Positions 39,431 to 48,723 of a DNA stretch of 64,000 nucleotides are shown here, in pieces. The stretch is from a virus: the IMG/VR virus record IMGVR_UViG_3300009365_003824, positions 32,001 through 96,000 of that record. One strand, written 5' to 3'. The notes beneath the pieces were generated by a model. That model ran no database searches. It was not told the DNA's origin and saw only the letters and a program-made list of their open reading frames with translations. Made by a program: the position numbers and the translations under genes. Numbering within the stretch: the first letter of the stretch is position 1; the number at the start of each line of letters is the position of its first letter.

Positions 39431-40699
39431 ATTAATATAATTAACAATACCTATAGTGAACTAAAGAAATATTATGACGAAGTTTTAAATGTAGACAAAT
39501 CTACTTATCAGACTTCCAATGATGAAAACACGCCTATTGGTTGCGTTGAAGATATTTTATCTAAGATACCACCAAAGTTTTGGATGCGAAAAAATTTGAG
39601 AATTTTAGATCCTTGTTGTGGTAATGGAAATTTTCCATTAGTCGTATGGAATAAACTTCGTCCCCATCATGCTGAAGAAGATATATTTAACACTCTTGTC
39701 TTTAGAGACATGAATGAGATACGATTAAGAAATGTTCAAAATATCTTTCGAGGCAATTTTGAATTAGATGTTGCACAAGAGGATTTTTTTGAAGCTGAAA
39801 ATGCAGCTTATGATTTGATTTGTTACAATCCCCCATATGCTAAAATATTAGAGAATGGAAAAAGAGCAGCTAAAAACCACACTCTTGTGAGAGATTTTAC
39901 ACAGAAAGCACTTAAACTTCTTGCACATAATGGTTATTTAGCTTTCATTATCCCCGATAATTGGATGTCTCTAGCCGATAGAAACATAATTGTAAAAGAA
40001 GTGACAGATCAACAAATAATATGGCTGAACATACATGGAGCTAAAAAGTGGTTTCCTAAAGTTGGCAGTTCATTTACATGGTTGGTTTTGAAAAAAATCT
40101 CACCAGATACGGCAAAGCAACCCTTTGTGGTAGAATGTACGCTTAGGGGTAAAAAATACACATCTACTTTGGACTCTCAGCAAAGAGATTTTATTCCACT
40201 TCTTTATACAAAGGAAGTGCAATCTATCCTGTCTAAAACCATAGAGGCAGATAATGAGAAGTTTAAAATACAAACCTCCAGCGATCTTCACAAATACACT
40301 AAAGCAAATTTAATTTCAAAAGAGCGCGATGAAAAACACCCTTACAGACTAATTCACACCCCCAGACAAACAGTGTGGGCTAGTCGGCCTCATAAATTTC
40401 AACAGGGTCATAAGGTTTTCATTAGTACTACAGACAAATATAAAGTCTTCATAGATGCTGATTGTGGGATGACACAATCAATTGCTTTTATTTTATGTCA
40501 AGATAAAGCAGTTGCTCAACAAATAAAAAAACAACTAGATCACCCTCTTTATCGTTTTTTAAATAACATATGCCGATGGGGTAACTTCAACAACATTAGA
40601 ATATTACAAAAATTTCCCATACCAACAAAAGATGACGTATATCAATCATTTAATCTTGATAATGAAGAGATTGCGTTTATAGAAAGAAACAACACATGA
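39431..40699 (+). CDS. N6-adenine DNA methyltransferase (gamma/Eco57I-like); start uncertain
   Basis: ILDPCCGNGNF, YNPPY, FIIPDNW; open frame extends 52 codons upstream of ATG 39584. Confidence 0.85.
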   Translation: MNIINNTYSELKKYYDEVLNVDKSTYQTSNDENTPIGCVEDILSKIPPKFWMRKNLRILDPCCGNGNFPLVVWNKLRPHHAEEDIFNTLVFRDMNEIRLRNVQNIFRGNFELDVAQEDFFEAENAAYDLICYNPPYAKILENGKRAAKNHTLVRDFTQKALKLLAHNGYLAFIIPDNWMSLADRNIIVKEVTDQQIIWLNIHGAKKWFPKVGSSFTWLVLKKISPDTAKQPFVVECTLRGKKYTSTLDSQQRDFIPLLYTKEVQSILSKTIEADNEKFKIQTSSDLHKYTKANLISKERDEKHPYRLIHTPRQTVWASRPHKFQQGHKVFISTTDKYKVFIDADCGMTQSIAFILCQDKAVAQQIKKQLDHPLYRFLNNICRWGNFNNIRILQKFPIPTKDDVYQSFNLDNEEIAFIERNNT

Positions 40700-40737
40700 A
40701 AATGAAGACATTCGGCAAAGGGCAGTTATTTAAATAA

Positions 40738-41406
40738 ATGAAATATCAATCAGGCAAAATAATACTCAATCCAAAAAGCGATTTTTGTAATTATATCTAC
40801 GCTACTACAATGTATGATATGTGTGAGCAGTTATACAAAATATGTAGACTGTATCCACAAGGACGAGCATTTGAAGTAATGCATGAAAATGCAAGTTTAA
40901 AAGATGGTAAAATCGCAGATGCCGATAATGTAATTCAACCAATAGATGTAATAGTTGAAAATGTAAGGTATTCTTGCAAAACAGAATGTACAAAGAAAAC
41001 TAAATTCAACCAGCTTAACATGTCTAAATACATGGAATGCTGTCACATGAGAGAGCTAAATCCTTTAGAGATTGTTTCCATGTATTTGGAGCATTCTGAA
41101 AAATATGATCGTATAATTTTCATGCAAAGCCTAGCTTACAGAAAAAAATACAACATTCATCAATTGTTTGAAATTCCACTTTCTGTAATAAGACATGTAA
41201 AGCATTCAGACTTGACATCCATAAAGAGAAGTGATAAAGGATCGTTTGTCATTCATGTTGAAAAAAATAAAAAACAGTTGTATTGTATGAGAGTAGATGG
41301 ATCTGCTAGGAAAATAATGTTGTTAAAAATGCCTGCCGACATTTGTTTTTTACATGCTAGATTTATAATTCCAAAACCAAAAAAACGACCCCTACCAACG
41401 AGGTAG
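40738..41406 (+). CDS. putative PD-(D/E)XK restriction-like endonuclease
   Basis: GRAFE...IDV.....YSCKTE; lies next to an MTase. Confidence 0.45.
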   Translation: MKYQSGKIILNPKSDFCNYIYATTMYDMCEQLYKICRLYPQGRAFEVMHENASLKDGKIADADNVIQPIDVIVENVRYSCKTECTKKTKFNQLNMSKYMECCHMRELNPLEIVSMYLEHSEKYDRIIFMQSLAYRKKYNIHQLFEIPLSVIRHVKHSDLTSIKRSDKGSFVIHVEKNKKQLYCMRVDGSARKIMLLKMPADICFLHARFIIPKPKKRPLPTR

Positions 41407-41411
41407 GGGTC
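41387..41411. terminator. hairpin between convergent genes
   Basis: GACCCCTACC-AACGA-GGTAGGGGTC. Confidence 0.65.
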
Positions 41412-41449
41412 TAAGGATTATTGAACATGAAGCTAACTTAGTTCACAAA

Positions 41450-41863
41450 TTAAACAGCATCACCGACTTTAATTACAACCCAATCAATAACGTCAGTTCC
41501 AGTACCAGCAAGAGCAAAGCTCTTCAAGTTGGTATCAGTGTCATCACCATTGGTGGTTCCATCTGGATCACTATTGATTGTCGTGACTGTTACAGCATTC
41601 GCTGCGGTTGTTCGGTCATGCACCAAAATCACGTAATCTACTTCCGGTGTCGGAGGAGAAGCTGCGGCTGAAAGCGGAGTAACGCATGGAAGTGGTGTTG
41701 GGAAAGTGATGGTTAAAGCACCACCAACTAAAGCATCAACACCAGCCATCATAACTCGTGGGCCGATAAGTTTCTCTACGCCAACAAAATTTCTTTCTTT
41801 AGGCCCCTTGGCAGAACCTTCAGCAGAACCCGGACCTTTACCTGTTACACTTGTTGCACCCAT
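41450..41863 (-). CDS. probable small virion structural protein
   Basis: G/T/A-rich; strong SD AAGGAG. Confidence 0.5.
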   Translation of the reverse strand: MGATSVTGKGPGSAEGSAKGPKERNFVGVEKLIGPRVMMAGVDALVGGALTITFPTPLPCVTPLSAAASPPTPEVDYVILVHDRTTAANAVTVTTINSDPDGTTNGDDTDTNLKSFALAGTGTDVIDWVVIKVGDAV

Positions 41864-41989
41864 TTATAATCTCCTTTAAAATGTTCTATTTTCCAGGTGT
41901 TCATAGATTATGTATGAGTTTGTTAATATTTTTTCCCAAAAGTGTTCGCATATGAACCACAAAAAGTTCGTATCTGAACTACATAGAAT

Positions 41990-42544
41990 ATGCAATGGAC
42001 ACAACAACAAAGCCAAATCATCATAGGAACGATGCTGGGGAAAAGCTATATTACCAAACCAAAAGGTAAAACCTGCTTTCTGACCATCCCAGAGCAACAT
42101 GATTTGAACTGGCTGAAATATAAAGCCTACATCTTAGAGCCAAACAAAAAGACCTTGATAAAGAACGGTAATCGCACCCTATGGAGATCAAGTAGTGATC
42201 CTGTTTGGCATATTGTCAGAAGTCAATTTTATAACAATGACAACAAAATGGTTAAAATGGAACTGCTTGATCCCTGCACGGCTGAAGGGTTAGCTGTGTG
42301 GTTTCTTGATAAGGGATTTTGGAATAAAGGTAGAATCGGCCTTAGAACCACAGTTTACGGCGTAGAGGGAAACGCGATAATCCACAGATACTTCAATGAA
42401 GTAAATTTGCAGTGTGTAATAAGAAAAGATAGAGGAACAGCTAGGATTCTATTCACCAAAAAGGGAACAATAGCCTACCTTAAAACAATCGCTAATTATG
42501 TCCCTAAATTCATGCGGCCCCGCTTGGAACCAAACCCCATCTGA
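41990..42544 (+). CDS. LAGLIDADG_2-family protein with apparently inactivated catalytic motifs
   Basis: IIIGTMLGKSYI and GLAVWFLDKG. Confidence 0.75.
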   Translation: MQWTQQQSQIIIGTMLGKSYITKPKGKTCFLTIPEQHDLNWLKYKAYILEPNKKTLIKNGNRTLWRSSSDPVWHIVRSQFYNNDNKMVKMELLDPCTAEGLAVWFLDKGFWNKGRIGLRTTVYGVEGNAIIHRYFNEVNLQCVIRKDRGTARILFTKKGTIAYLKTIANYVPKFMRPRLEPNPI

Positions 42545-42939
42545 GCAGCCATTTTAAAGGTTCCCTTGTATTCTGAATAAGGGGCCAATGACCACAGATC
42601 ATTCAAACAAGTTCCAAATTCGTTGGCATATAATTTCTCATACTCATCTATGGAAAACATCTCAGCCTCGACTTCCTGCATATACATGAGTCTCGTATCT
42701 CGCCTATTTTGAATCAATCTGCCTTCATTAAATTGTTTAACATGACACAGTTCATGTAGTAAAGATAAGAGGCGAAGTTTACAAACATGACGATCTTTGA
42801 GCATAACTTCATACAGCAGCCAATTAAATGCAGCTTCCATGTCTTTTTGCTCTAACACAGACCTGTTAAAGTGTATTCTCAATGCACCCAATTTATAACG
42901 TTTTTTGAGTCTTTGGAATTCTCTATCAATTCTATACAT
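42496..42939 (-). CDS. HExxH metallopeptidase-like protein
   Basis: LLHELCHVKQ..EVEAE. Confidence 0.65.
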   Translation of the reverse strand: MYRIDREFQRLKKRYKLGALRIHFNRSVLEQKDMEAAFNWLLYEVMLKDRHVCKLRLLSLLHELCHVKQFNEGRLIQNRRDTRLMYMQEVEAEMFSIDEYEKLYANEFGTCLNDLWSLAPYSEYKGTFKMAAQMGFGSKRGRMNLGT

Positions 42940-43030
42940 TTCAATCCCTTTCGGGAGTAAAGTATAACAGAATCGAAGGGCAAATCAATATATAAAATCA
43001 CTGCTTTCGCGTTTACGGTACTAAAAAATT

Positions 43031-43059
43031 CCCTCTCCTATTTTCGGAGGGGGTTTTTT
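43031..43059 (+). terminator. intrinsic terminator insulating the MTase operon
   Basis: CCCTCTCC/GGAGGGGG stem followed by T6. Confidence 0.65.
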
Positions 43060-43061
43060 AT

Positions 43062-43090
43062 TTGACATATTAATTTGAACCATCTATAAT
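43062..43090 (+). promoter_or_regulatory. consensus sigma70 promoter
   Basis: TTGACA-17 bp-TATAAT; ATG 6 nt downstream. Confidence 0.85.
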
Positions 43091-43096
43091 CATAAA

Positions 43097-43876
43097 ATGA
43101 TCGAGTTAAATACCATCTACAATGAAGATTGTAGAGAAACCATGTTGAGGATGAATGATGGATTCTTGGATTTAACGGTCACTTCTCCTCCTTACGATGA
43201 TTTGAGAACTTACAAAGGGATCGCTGTATTCCCTTTTAAAGCAATTGCTGAGCAATTGTATAGAGTCACTAAACCGGGAGGCGTAGTGGTCTGGGTGGTG
43301 GGTGATGCTACACATGAAGGGTCGGAAACAGGAACATCTTTTACACAAGCCTTGTATTTCAAAGAAATCGGATTCAGGCTACATGACACGATGATCTATG
43401 AAAAGAACAATTTCTCCAATCCTTCCAAAAATAGATACCATCAAATCTTTGAATACATGTTTGTCTTCTCCAAAGGAACACCTAAAACCTTTGTCCCCAT
43501 CAAAGATAGAAAAAATAAATGGGGCGGAAAAGTAGGCTCATGGGGAAAAAATACCGTCAGACAAAAAGACGGAACCATGAAGGAGAACGCCAGAAAGGTT
43601 AATACGGAGTATGGTCAGAGGTATAACATTTGGAAATATAAAACATCCAAAAATGGGCAAGAAGATGAAATAGCCTACAAACACCCAGCCATATTTCCGT
43701 GTCAATTAGCAGTAGATCATATTAAATCATGGACCCATGAAGGTGACATTGTTTATGATCCTATGATGGGCAGTGGCACCACAGCTAAAGCTGCAATAAT
43801 CACCAATCGTAATTATGTAGGTTCCGAATTGGTGAAAGAATATTATAAGTTGTGTCTTGAAAGGGTATTGTTATGA
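43097..43876 (+). CDS. DNA methyltransferase, N4C/N6A beta class
   Basis: VTSPPY, HPAIFP, VYDPMMGSGTT. Confidence 0.92.
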   Translation: MIELNTIYNEDCRETMLRMNDGFLDLTVTSPPYDDLRTYKGIAVFPFKAIAEQLYRVTKPGGVVVWVVGDATHEGSETGTSFTQALYFKEIGFRLHDTMIYEKNNFSNPSKNRYHQIFEYMFVFSKGTPKTFVPIKDRKNKWGGKVGSWGKNTVRQKDGTMKENARKVNTEYGQRYNIWKYKTSKNGQEDEIAYKHPAIFPCQLAVDHIKSWTHEGDIVYDPMMGSGTTAKAAIITNRNYVGSELVKEYYKLCLERVLL

Positions 43877-44388
43877 GTTGTTTCACTTTTAAAGAACAAA
43901 AGAAAGTGGGGGACAGTGGCGAATCATCTTTATTGAACGAATTGTTGAAATACGGAATTGAAGGTGAAGTCGTAGATCAAAGCATAAAAGAAAATCGCAC
44001 TTTAGGAGACGTAAATTTTACTAATCGAAAAGGTGTTGATTTAAGTGTTGAAGTTAAAAACGATGAAACGAAATACACCAATATTTTCCTAGAAACCGTA
44101 AGCGTCAGAAGAAACGGATCAGAAGACACTCCGGGGTGGATTCACACATGTAGTTCTAATTTTTTCATGTATCGTTTTAAAAATAAGGTAGAAGGTCGCA
44201 AACCTTACTACATGTTTATGACTAAAAAACTCAGAGAATATTTTGCATCCAATGAATCGGAGTTTAGACGCAAATATCGAGAGCGACCCGTTCCAAACAA
44301 AGGGTATACCACGCTCGGTATCCCCGTTCCTATCGCCAGAATGGAAAGAGAATTAAGAATGTATACTCTGAAGGAGTTAGTGGGTTGA
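43873..44388 (+). CDS. PD-(D/E)XK nuclease-like protein
   Basis: G..GE, GDV......SVEVKND, NIFLET..PGW. Confidence 0.7.
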   Translation: MSCFTFKEQKKVGDSGESSLLNELLKYGIEGEVVDQSIKENRTLGDVNFTNRKGVDLSVEVKNDETKYTNIFLETVSVRRNGSEDTPGWIHTCSSNFFMYRFKNKVEGRKPYYMFMTKKLREYFASNESEFRRKYRERPVPNKGYTTLGIPVPIARMERELRMYTLKELVG

Positions 44389-45245
44389 AACCTATATTAA
44401 AGTGGTTAGGCGGAAAATCAAAACTCGTGGAAGGAATTTACAGTAGGTTCCCCAACGGCTTTAATGATTATTGGGAACCGTTCTTGGGCAGTGGGGCACT
44501 TGCTCTACATGTATTCAAAAACACCACCTGTCGCCTCTTTTTAAGTGATTGCAGTCCTTCTTTAATGAATTTCTACAAGGTTCTTCAAAACGATATAGAG
44601 AAAGTGCAGTTGTATGCAAACCTGATCGAGATAGCCAAGAAATTCAACGAGAATGAGGACTATTCACGAACCACGCTAGAGGACCAGGAGAAGATTTACT
44701 ACGATTACAGGTTGGAATACAATACTTTGGAAATGAGCACGATTCGCAAGAGTGCCATATTTTACTTTCTCAATAAAACCGCTTTCAATGGGGTAATGAG
44801 ATACAATTCCAAGGGCGGATATAATGTCCCCTTTGGCAAACGAGGTTTTCCCCTTGATCTGAATTTGCTGGACGAATTTGCTACATTCCTTAGCTCGCCC
44901 CGCGTCAAGATATATGAAGGCGATTTCCGGCACGCCAACCCTTGCGAGGGGGATATAGTATACCTAGATCCACCTTACCATCCCCTGACGGAGACGGCGA
45001 ATTTCGGCAAATACAATAGTGAGGGTTGGTCCGATGAAGATGAAAAGGAAATGCGGGAAAAATGCGATCTTTGGAGCCAATCAGGTGCCTTTATCTTGTT
45101 GAGCAATCACGATGTCCCCTTCATTAGAGACTTGTTCGCTGGGTATGATTTCTCTGAAATGGATGTTCGCAGGTCTGTAGGTGCAAACAGCAAGACCAGA
45201 AAAAAAGTTCCAGAAGTGCTTATCACTAAAGGACTTACGACCTAA
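44385..45245 (+). CDS. dam: Dam-family DNA adenine methyltransferase
   Basis: LKWLGGK, EPFLGSG, FNG.MRYN.KG.YNVPFG, YLDPPY, LSN. Confidence 0.9.
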   Translation: MKPILKWLGGKSKLVEGIYSRFPNGFNDYWEPFLGSGALALHVFKNTTCRLFLSDCSPSLMNFYKVLQNDIEKVQLYANLIEIAKKFNENEDYSRTTLEDQEKIYYDYRLEYNTLEMSTIRKSAIFYFLNKTAFNGVMRYNSKGGYNVPFGKRGFPLDLNLLDEFATFLSSPRVKIYEGDFRHANPCEGDIVYLDPPYHPLTETANFGKYNSEGWSDEDEKEMREKCDLWSQSGAFILLSNHDVPFIRDLFAGYDFSEMDVRRSVGANSKTRKKVPEVLITKGLTT

Positions 45246-45344
45246 CTTGCGAAAACTCGCTTCACAATGGTCATTATCCAGGTAGAATGGGCTTTAGCAG
45301 AGAGGGATTCTGGTTTCCTGTTCACCTTCGGAGGGTCATGGCCC

Positions 45345-46376
45345 ATGAGTAAGTCTTCCAAACCGTTTAGTGTCAAGCAGAGAGAAGCCGCCACAGAGGA
45401 AATCGGCCAATCTCGTCTCGCCGCCATTGAGAATTTGGCGATGGAGTTAGGAATTGAGTGGGAAAACTTCGTCCGCATTCCCGGCACTTCAATGTATATG
45501 GGAATACATGAAATTGACGAAGACTGTGCGCGTCGGTGGCTCGAATACAATATGGCCAACCGGAAACGCAAGGACCAAGCAATCAATCGTTACGCGAACG
45601 ATATGATTCGCAAATTCTGGAAACTGACTCACGAAGGTATTGCCTTTGGAATTGACGGCTACCTGAAGGATGGTCAAAACCGCCTCTTTGCCATCATCCA
45701 GTCTGGTGAGGCAATCAAGTTGTTGGTCTGTTTGGGGTTAGACCCTGAAGCGCAGGCGGCAATTGACCAAGGCGTGAAGCGGACCACCGCCGACGTGGCC
45801 AAGTTGCAGGGTATTGATACCACTGGTAGAAGAAATGCCACTGCCAAGATGATTCACGTAGGCATGAAAGGTCAACAATCCCATACTGGCATCACGACCG
45901 CCATCAATTTGGAGTTGCTGGAAACCTACGCCGAAGGGTTGGACTTCGTAGATGAAGCCATTCCTAAGCCCATTCCAGGTATCACCAAGGCACCCGTCTT
46001 GGGGGCTATAGCCAGGGCTTATTACGGCTGTCGCCACGACGAGAGGGCAGTGGATAGGCTCAAGCTGTTCTGCTCTGTTCTGAGAGACGGGCAGTATGGT
46101 GCTGACAAGAACATCGCCGCCCACACGCTGCGAGAGAGGTTGCTGGGAGTTGGAACCCGCAAGGCACCGGGACATGGGGCCAGAGGTTCCATTGAGTGCT
46201 ACGCTCTGACAGAAGGGGCTATTGTGGCCTTCCTCGATGAGAAAGTTTACCGTAAGTCCCACGCTGCCAAAGTCGAACAGTTTCCTTTCCCGCACGAGGA
46301 AAAGGAATCCATCGCAATGGTCGCCCAGAAAATCCGTGAGAGCCAAGAGGCACACGGAAAAGGCGAAAAGAAGTAG
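45345..46376 (+). CDS. ParB-N-like (DGQHR-type) DNA-binding protein, GC-rich
   Basis: NRK.....I..YA.DM....W......I.F...G.L.DGQNRL.AI. Confidence 0.7.
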   Translation: MSKSSKPFSVKQREAATEEIGQSRLAAIENLAMELGIEWENFVRIPGTSMYMGIHEIDEDCARRWLEYNMANRKRKDQAINRYANDMIRKFWKLTHEGIAFGIDGYLKDGQNRLFAIIQSGEAIKLLVCLGLDPEAQAAIDQGVKRTTADVAKLQGIDTTGRRNATAKMIHVGMKGQQSHTGITTAINLELLETYAEGLDFVDEAIPKPIPGITKAPVLGAIARAYYGCRHDERAVDRLKLFCSVLRDGQYGADKNIAAHTLRERLLGVGTRKAPGHGARGSIECYALTEGAIVAFLDEKVYRKSHAAKVEQFPFPHEEKESIAMVAQKIRESQEAHGKGEKK

Positions 46377-46405
46377 ACTCAATCGAGTCTAAAATTTGTA
46401 AACAA

Positions 46406-46432
46406 AAGCCCACCCCCGGTGGGGGTGGGCTT
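46406..46432. terminator. bidirectional terminator
   Basis: AAGCCCACCCCC-GGT-GGGGGTGGGCTT. Confidence 0.8.
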
Positions 46433-46446
46433 CTCGTATGCGCGGG

Positions 46447-47142
46447 CTATTTGTGTTTAGCCCATCTCACATCTACCTTGTGACGTGCGCATTGTTCTTT
46501 CCTTTTTCTTTCATTCTCTTCATCCTCGGCAAGAAGCGCCGCGTAGAACTCATCGAAGTCTTCTGGGTCGATAGGGAGACCTAGCGATAGGAGGGTATAT
46601 CGATCCGTGCCCAAAGATTCGTAAAATAAGTCCATTTCAGAGGGTTTACGCCTCGTTACCTTTCGCTGCCACAGTCCCTTAAACCATGACCATGCAGAAG
46701 AAGCCTTCTCGCCTGTATCGGGATGAATTCTGGGCTTGGTACCCTTGTTCCTTTTTTCCCACAAGATGCGGTCAAGGCTGATGAAGGTCTTGGGTGAGTC
46801 TTCATAGCCAGCTAAGTCGATGAAACCCGAAAAAGAGTAGTGATGAGAACCATCTTCGTCTATGACGAAAGTGTACGCGATGTGGTTTTCATCACAGTAT
46901 TTCACGACTTTACGCTCCACATCATCAATGAAAGTGGGTTCAAAAGTAACATGATAAGAATGAATTCGTCTATTTGTATCCACCAAAGCTGGTGAAAACG
47001 CTATCTCGTTCTCTCGACAGTATTTAAGAAACAAACGTTCTTTGTCGCTGATATACGAGCTAGACCTTATGCTAAAGCGATTGTCCACAAGGAAGTCCGT
47101 CTGGCTACCGATCGCATGTTGACGTGTTAGCTTCATGTTCAA
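46447..47142 (-). CDS. hypothetical protein
   Basis: ORF. Confidence 0.55.
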   Translation of the reverse strand: MNMKLTRQHAIGSQTDFLVDNRFSIRSSSYISDKERLFLKYCRENEIAFSPALVDTNRRIHSYHVTFEPTFIDDVERKVVKYCDENHIAYTFVIDEDGSHHYSFSGFIDLAGYEDSPKTFISLDRILWEKRNKGTKPRIHPDTGEKASSAWSWFKGLWQRKVTRRKPSEMDLFYESLGTDRYTLLSLGLPIDPEDFDEFYAALLAEDEENERKRKEQCARHKVDVRWAKHK

Positions 47143-47196
47143 TAACCCTTTCTAAGTTAAAGTGTTCAAATAATCCGTTTGTATGTATGAAAGTTA

Positions 47197-47619
47197 TTAA
47201 CTTTTTTTGCTACCAAATACACAACACCAGTAAATTTTTTTCCCGTGTTTTGCTGTGCCAATCCCAATGTGGGTGAATTTTGGGTTCAGGATGTTGGCTT
47301 TGTGTCCCTTAGATTCCAGCCAGCCACGCATGACAGCCTCGTTATTGATATAGTAAGCGGCTACGTTCTCTGCCACCATTCGCCACGGTTTCCCTAAAAA
47401 CGTTTTTAGGTTTTGGTGTTGCACCTTATCGTGCTTAGCCATCCAGTCGGCGTGCTTTACAGCCGCCTCTTCCAAGCGATCATTTATGGTCAAAGGTGGG
47501 GCTTGGGCCTTTTTTCTGGCTATATTGTGCATCTCGAACAGGTTTGGTTTAGGCTGAGGTTTGGACTTACCATGAGATGTGATTATAAAATTGGGCTTGA
47601 TCACGATGTTCTTTATCAT
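47197..47619 (-). CDS. CAP/SCP-domain protein
   Basis: HN.AR......L.....L..AA..HA..MA, AENVA, WLESKGHKANIL...FTHIGIG. Confidence 0.9.
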   Translation of the reverse strand: MIKNIVIKPNFIITSHGKSKPQPKPNLFEMHNIARKKAQAPPLTINDRLEEAAVKHADWMAKHDKVQHQNLKTFLGKPWRMVAENVAAYYINNEAVMRGWLESKGHKANILNPKFTHIGIGTAKHGKKIYWCCVFGSKKS

Positions 47620-47625
47620 AACTCA

Positions 47626-47631
47626 TATATA
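47626..47631. promoter_or_regulatory. representative TA(T/A)ATA late-promoter-like box; others near 3115, 7530, 19773, 20460, 20882, 22577, 28472, 33261, 36710, 48707, 60283
   Basis: recurs in short gaps between divergent starts; resembles the T4 late promoter TATAAATA. Confidence 0.6.
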
Positions 47632-47635
47632 GGGT

Positions 47636-48145
47636 ATGTTTGTGTTGCAATTCTCCGAATGGATGGAAGGTAAAATTCGCCTCGCGTGCGTAGGCGCAAG
47701 CGCTGATCCAAACAGCCAGGAGAGACAAACATATTCAGATAGTGACAGGTGGATGCTAAATGCTATTGCAGACTACATGATGAAGCACCATCCTGATGTG
47801 GATTTGGGAAATATAGAACCGGATTTTATTGACCTCAATGATGGCAGGGATTTCCTCAAGGAAAGTAAAACTTATGATATGGTGGCTTTGATGCGAGTGT
47901 TTCACCCTATGGGTGGAGACTATTCAGTTAGATACCATCAAAGACAAGGCCCCGGCCTCTTTAGGCTTTCTTCCGATCATACGGCAGAACACTGGAACAG
48001 GCGACTCAAAGGAACTGGGGCGAAATTAATTTTCGCATTTGGGGATTCAACAGATTGTGTTACAGGTGAATATGTTGGACCCATACAAGGTTATCAAGGC
48101 CCAATAAAAGGCAGCAGTGTTAGTGTTTGGACTCAAAATTCATAA
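47636..48145 (+). CDS. hypothetical protein with capsid-targeting-like N-terminus
   Basis: MFVLQFSEWMEG; possible Rossmann-like strands. Confidence 0.6.
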   Translation: MFVLQFSEWMEGKIRLACVGASADPNSQERQTYSDSDRWMLNAIADYMMKHHPDVDLGNIEPDFIDLNDGRDFLKESKTYDMVALMRVFHPMGGDYSVRYHQRQGPGLFRLSSDHTAEHWNRRLKGTGAKLIFAFGDSTDCVTGEYVGPIQGYQGPIKGSSVSVWTQNS

Positions 48146-48705
48146 TTAAACATTTCAATATCTTTATCATAAGCTCTGGCCACAAGGTCTCTTGTGTTTT
48201 TGTCGTAATAAGTCTTGTAATGATCGTGTTTGGATTTGTTGACATGAGGGAGTTGGCATTTTACGTTTATCTTCTTTTTGATTAATCTGAAGTCTTTATT
48301 TATTGTTTCGTATCTCCCTACAAAATCTACAATTATTTCTCCGCTTTCATCAGTCAGCCATTCTACCTGTTGCCAATTTCCTTTATGGAGATTTACCGAG
48401 CACTTTGTTTTGTATTCCAATAAAAACCATTTTGTGTAGCCTTTAAAATCATTCTTGAGGACAAATGGGTTTTTAAAACTTGGGTTATCTTCGTGTTGTT
48501 TTCTCTTAAAATGAAACAAAGAAACCATACGTGACCAAGGATTGCGAACATAAGCAAAAGAAAAACATTTTTGAAAATGTTCTAATCCATACTTTTCGAT
48601 AACCGTTCTAGCTGGAGCGTGCCTTAGAACTGTGGGGTGTAAAGCCTTTAGGATGCTCGAACCTGCGTTTTTAGGTATGTGTATGAAAATCACATTCTTC
48701 ATCAT
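48133..48705 (-). CDS. sulfotransferase family 2
   Basis: FIHIPKNAGSSI, VRNPWSRMVS, DFVGRYE. Confidence 0.9.
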   Translation of the reverse strand: MMKNVIFIHIPKNAGSSILKALHPTVLRHAPARTVIEKYGLEHFQKCFSFAYVRNPWSRMVSLFHFKRKQHEDNPSFKNPFVLKNDFKGYTKWFLLEYKTKCSVNLHKGNWQQVEWLTDESGEIIVDFVGRYETINKDFRLIKKKINVKCQLPHVNKSKHDHYKTYYDKNTRDLVARAYDKDIEMFNYEF

Positions 48706-48723
48706 AATAAATATATATGACAA

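Noticed and set aside
41864-42544. Group I intron or intein hosting the LAGLIDADG ORF
   Set aside because: No interrupted host gene on that strand and no recognisable intron core or intein termini
45738-46382. Long antisense ORF (214 aa) and similar shadows (e.g. 22605..23114, 54363..54815, 37103..37528, 3154..3501)
   Set aside because: They lie opposite well-supported genes, have no motifs, and their composition mirrors the sense codons
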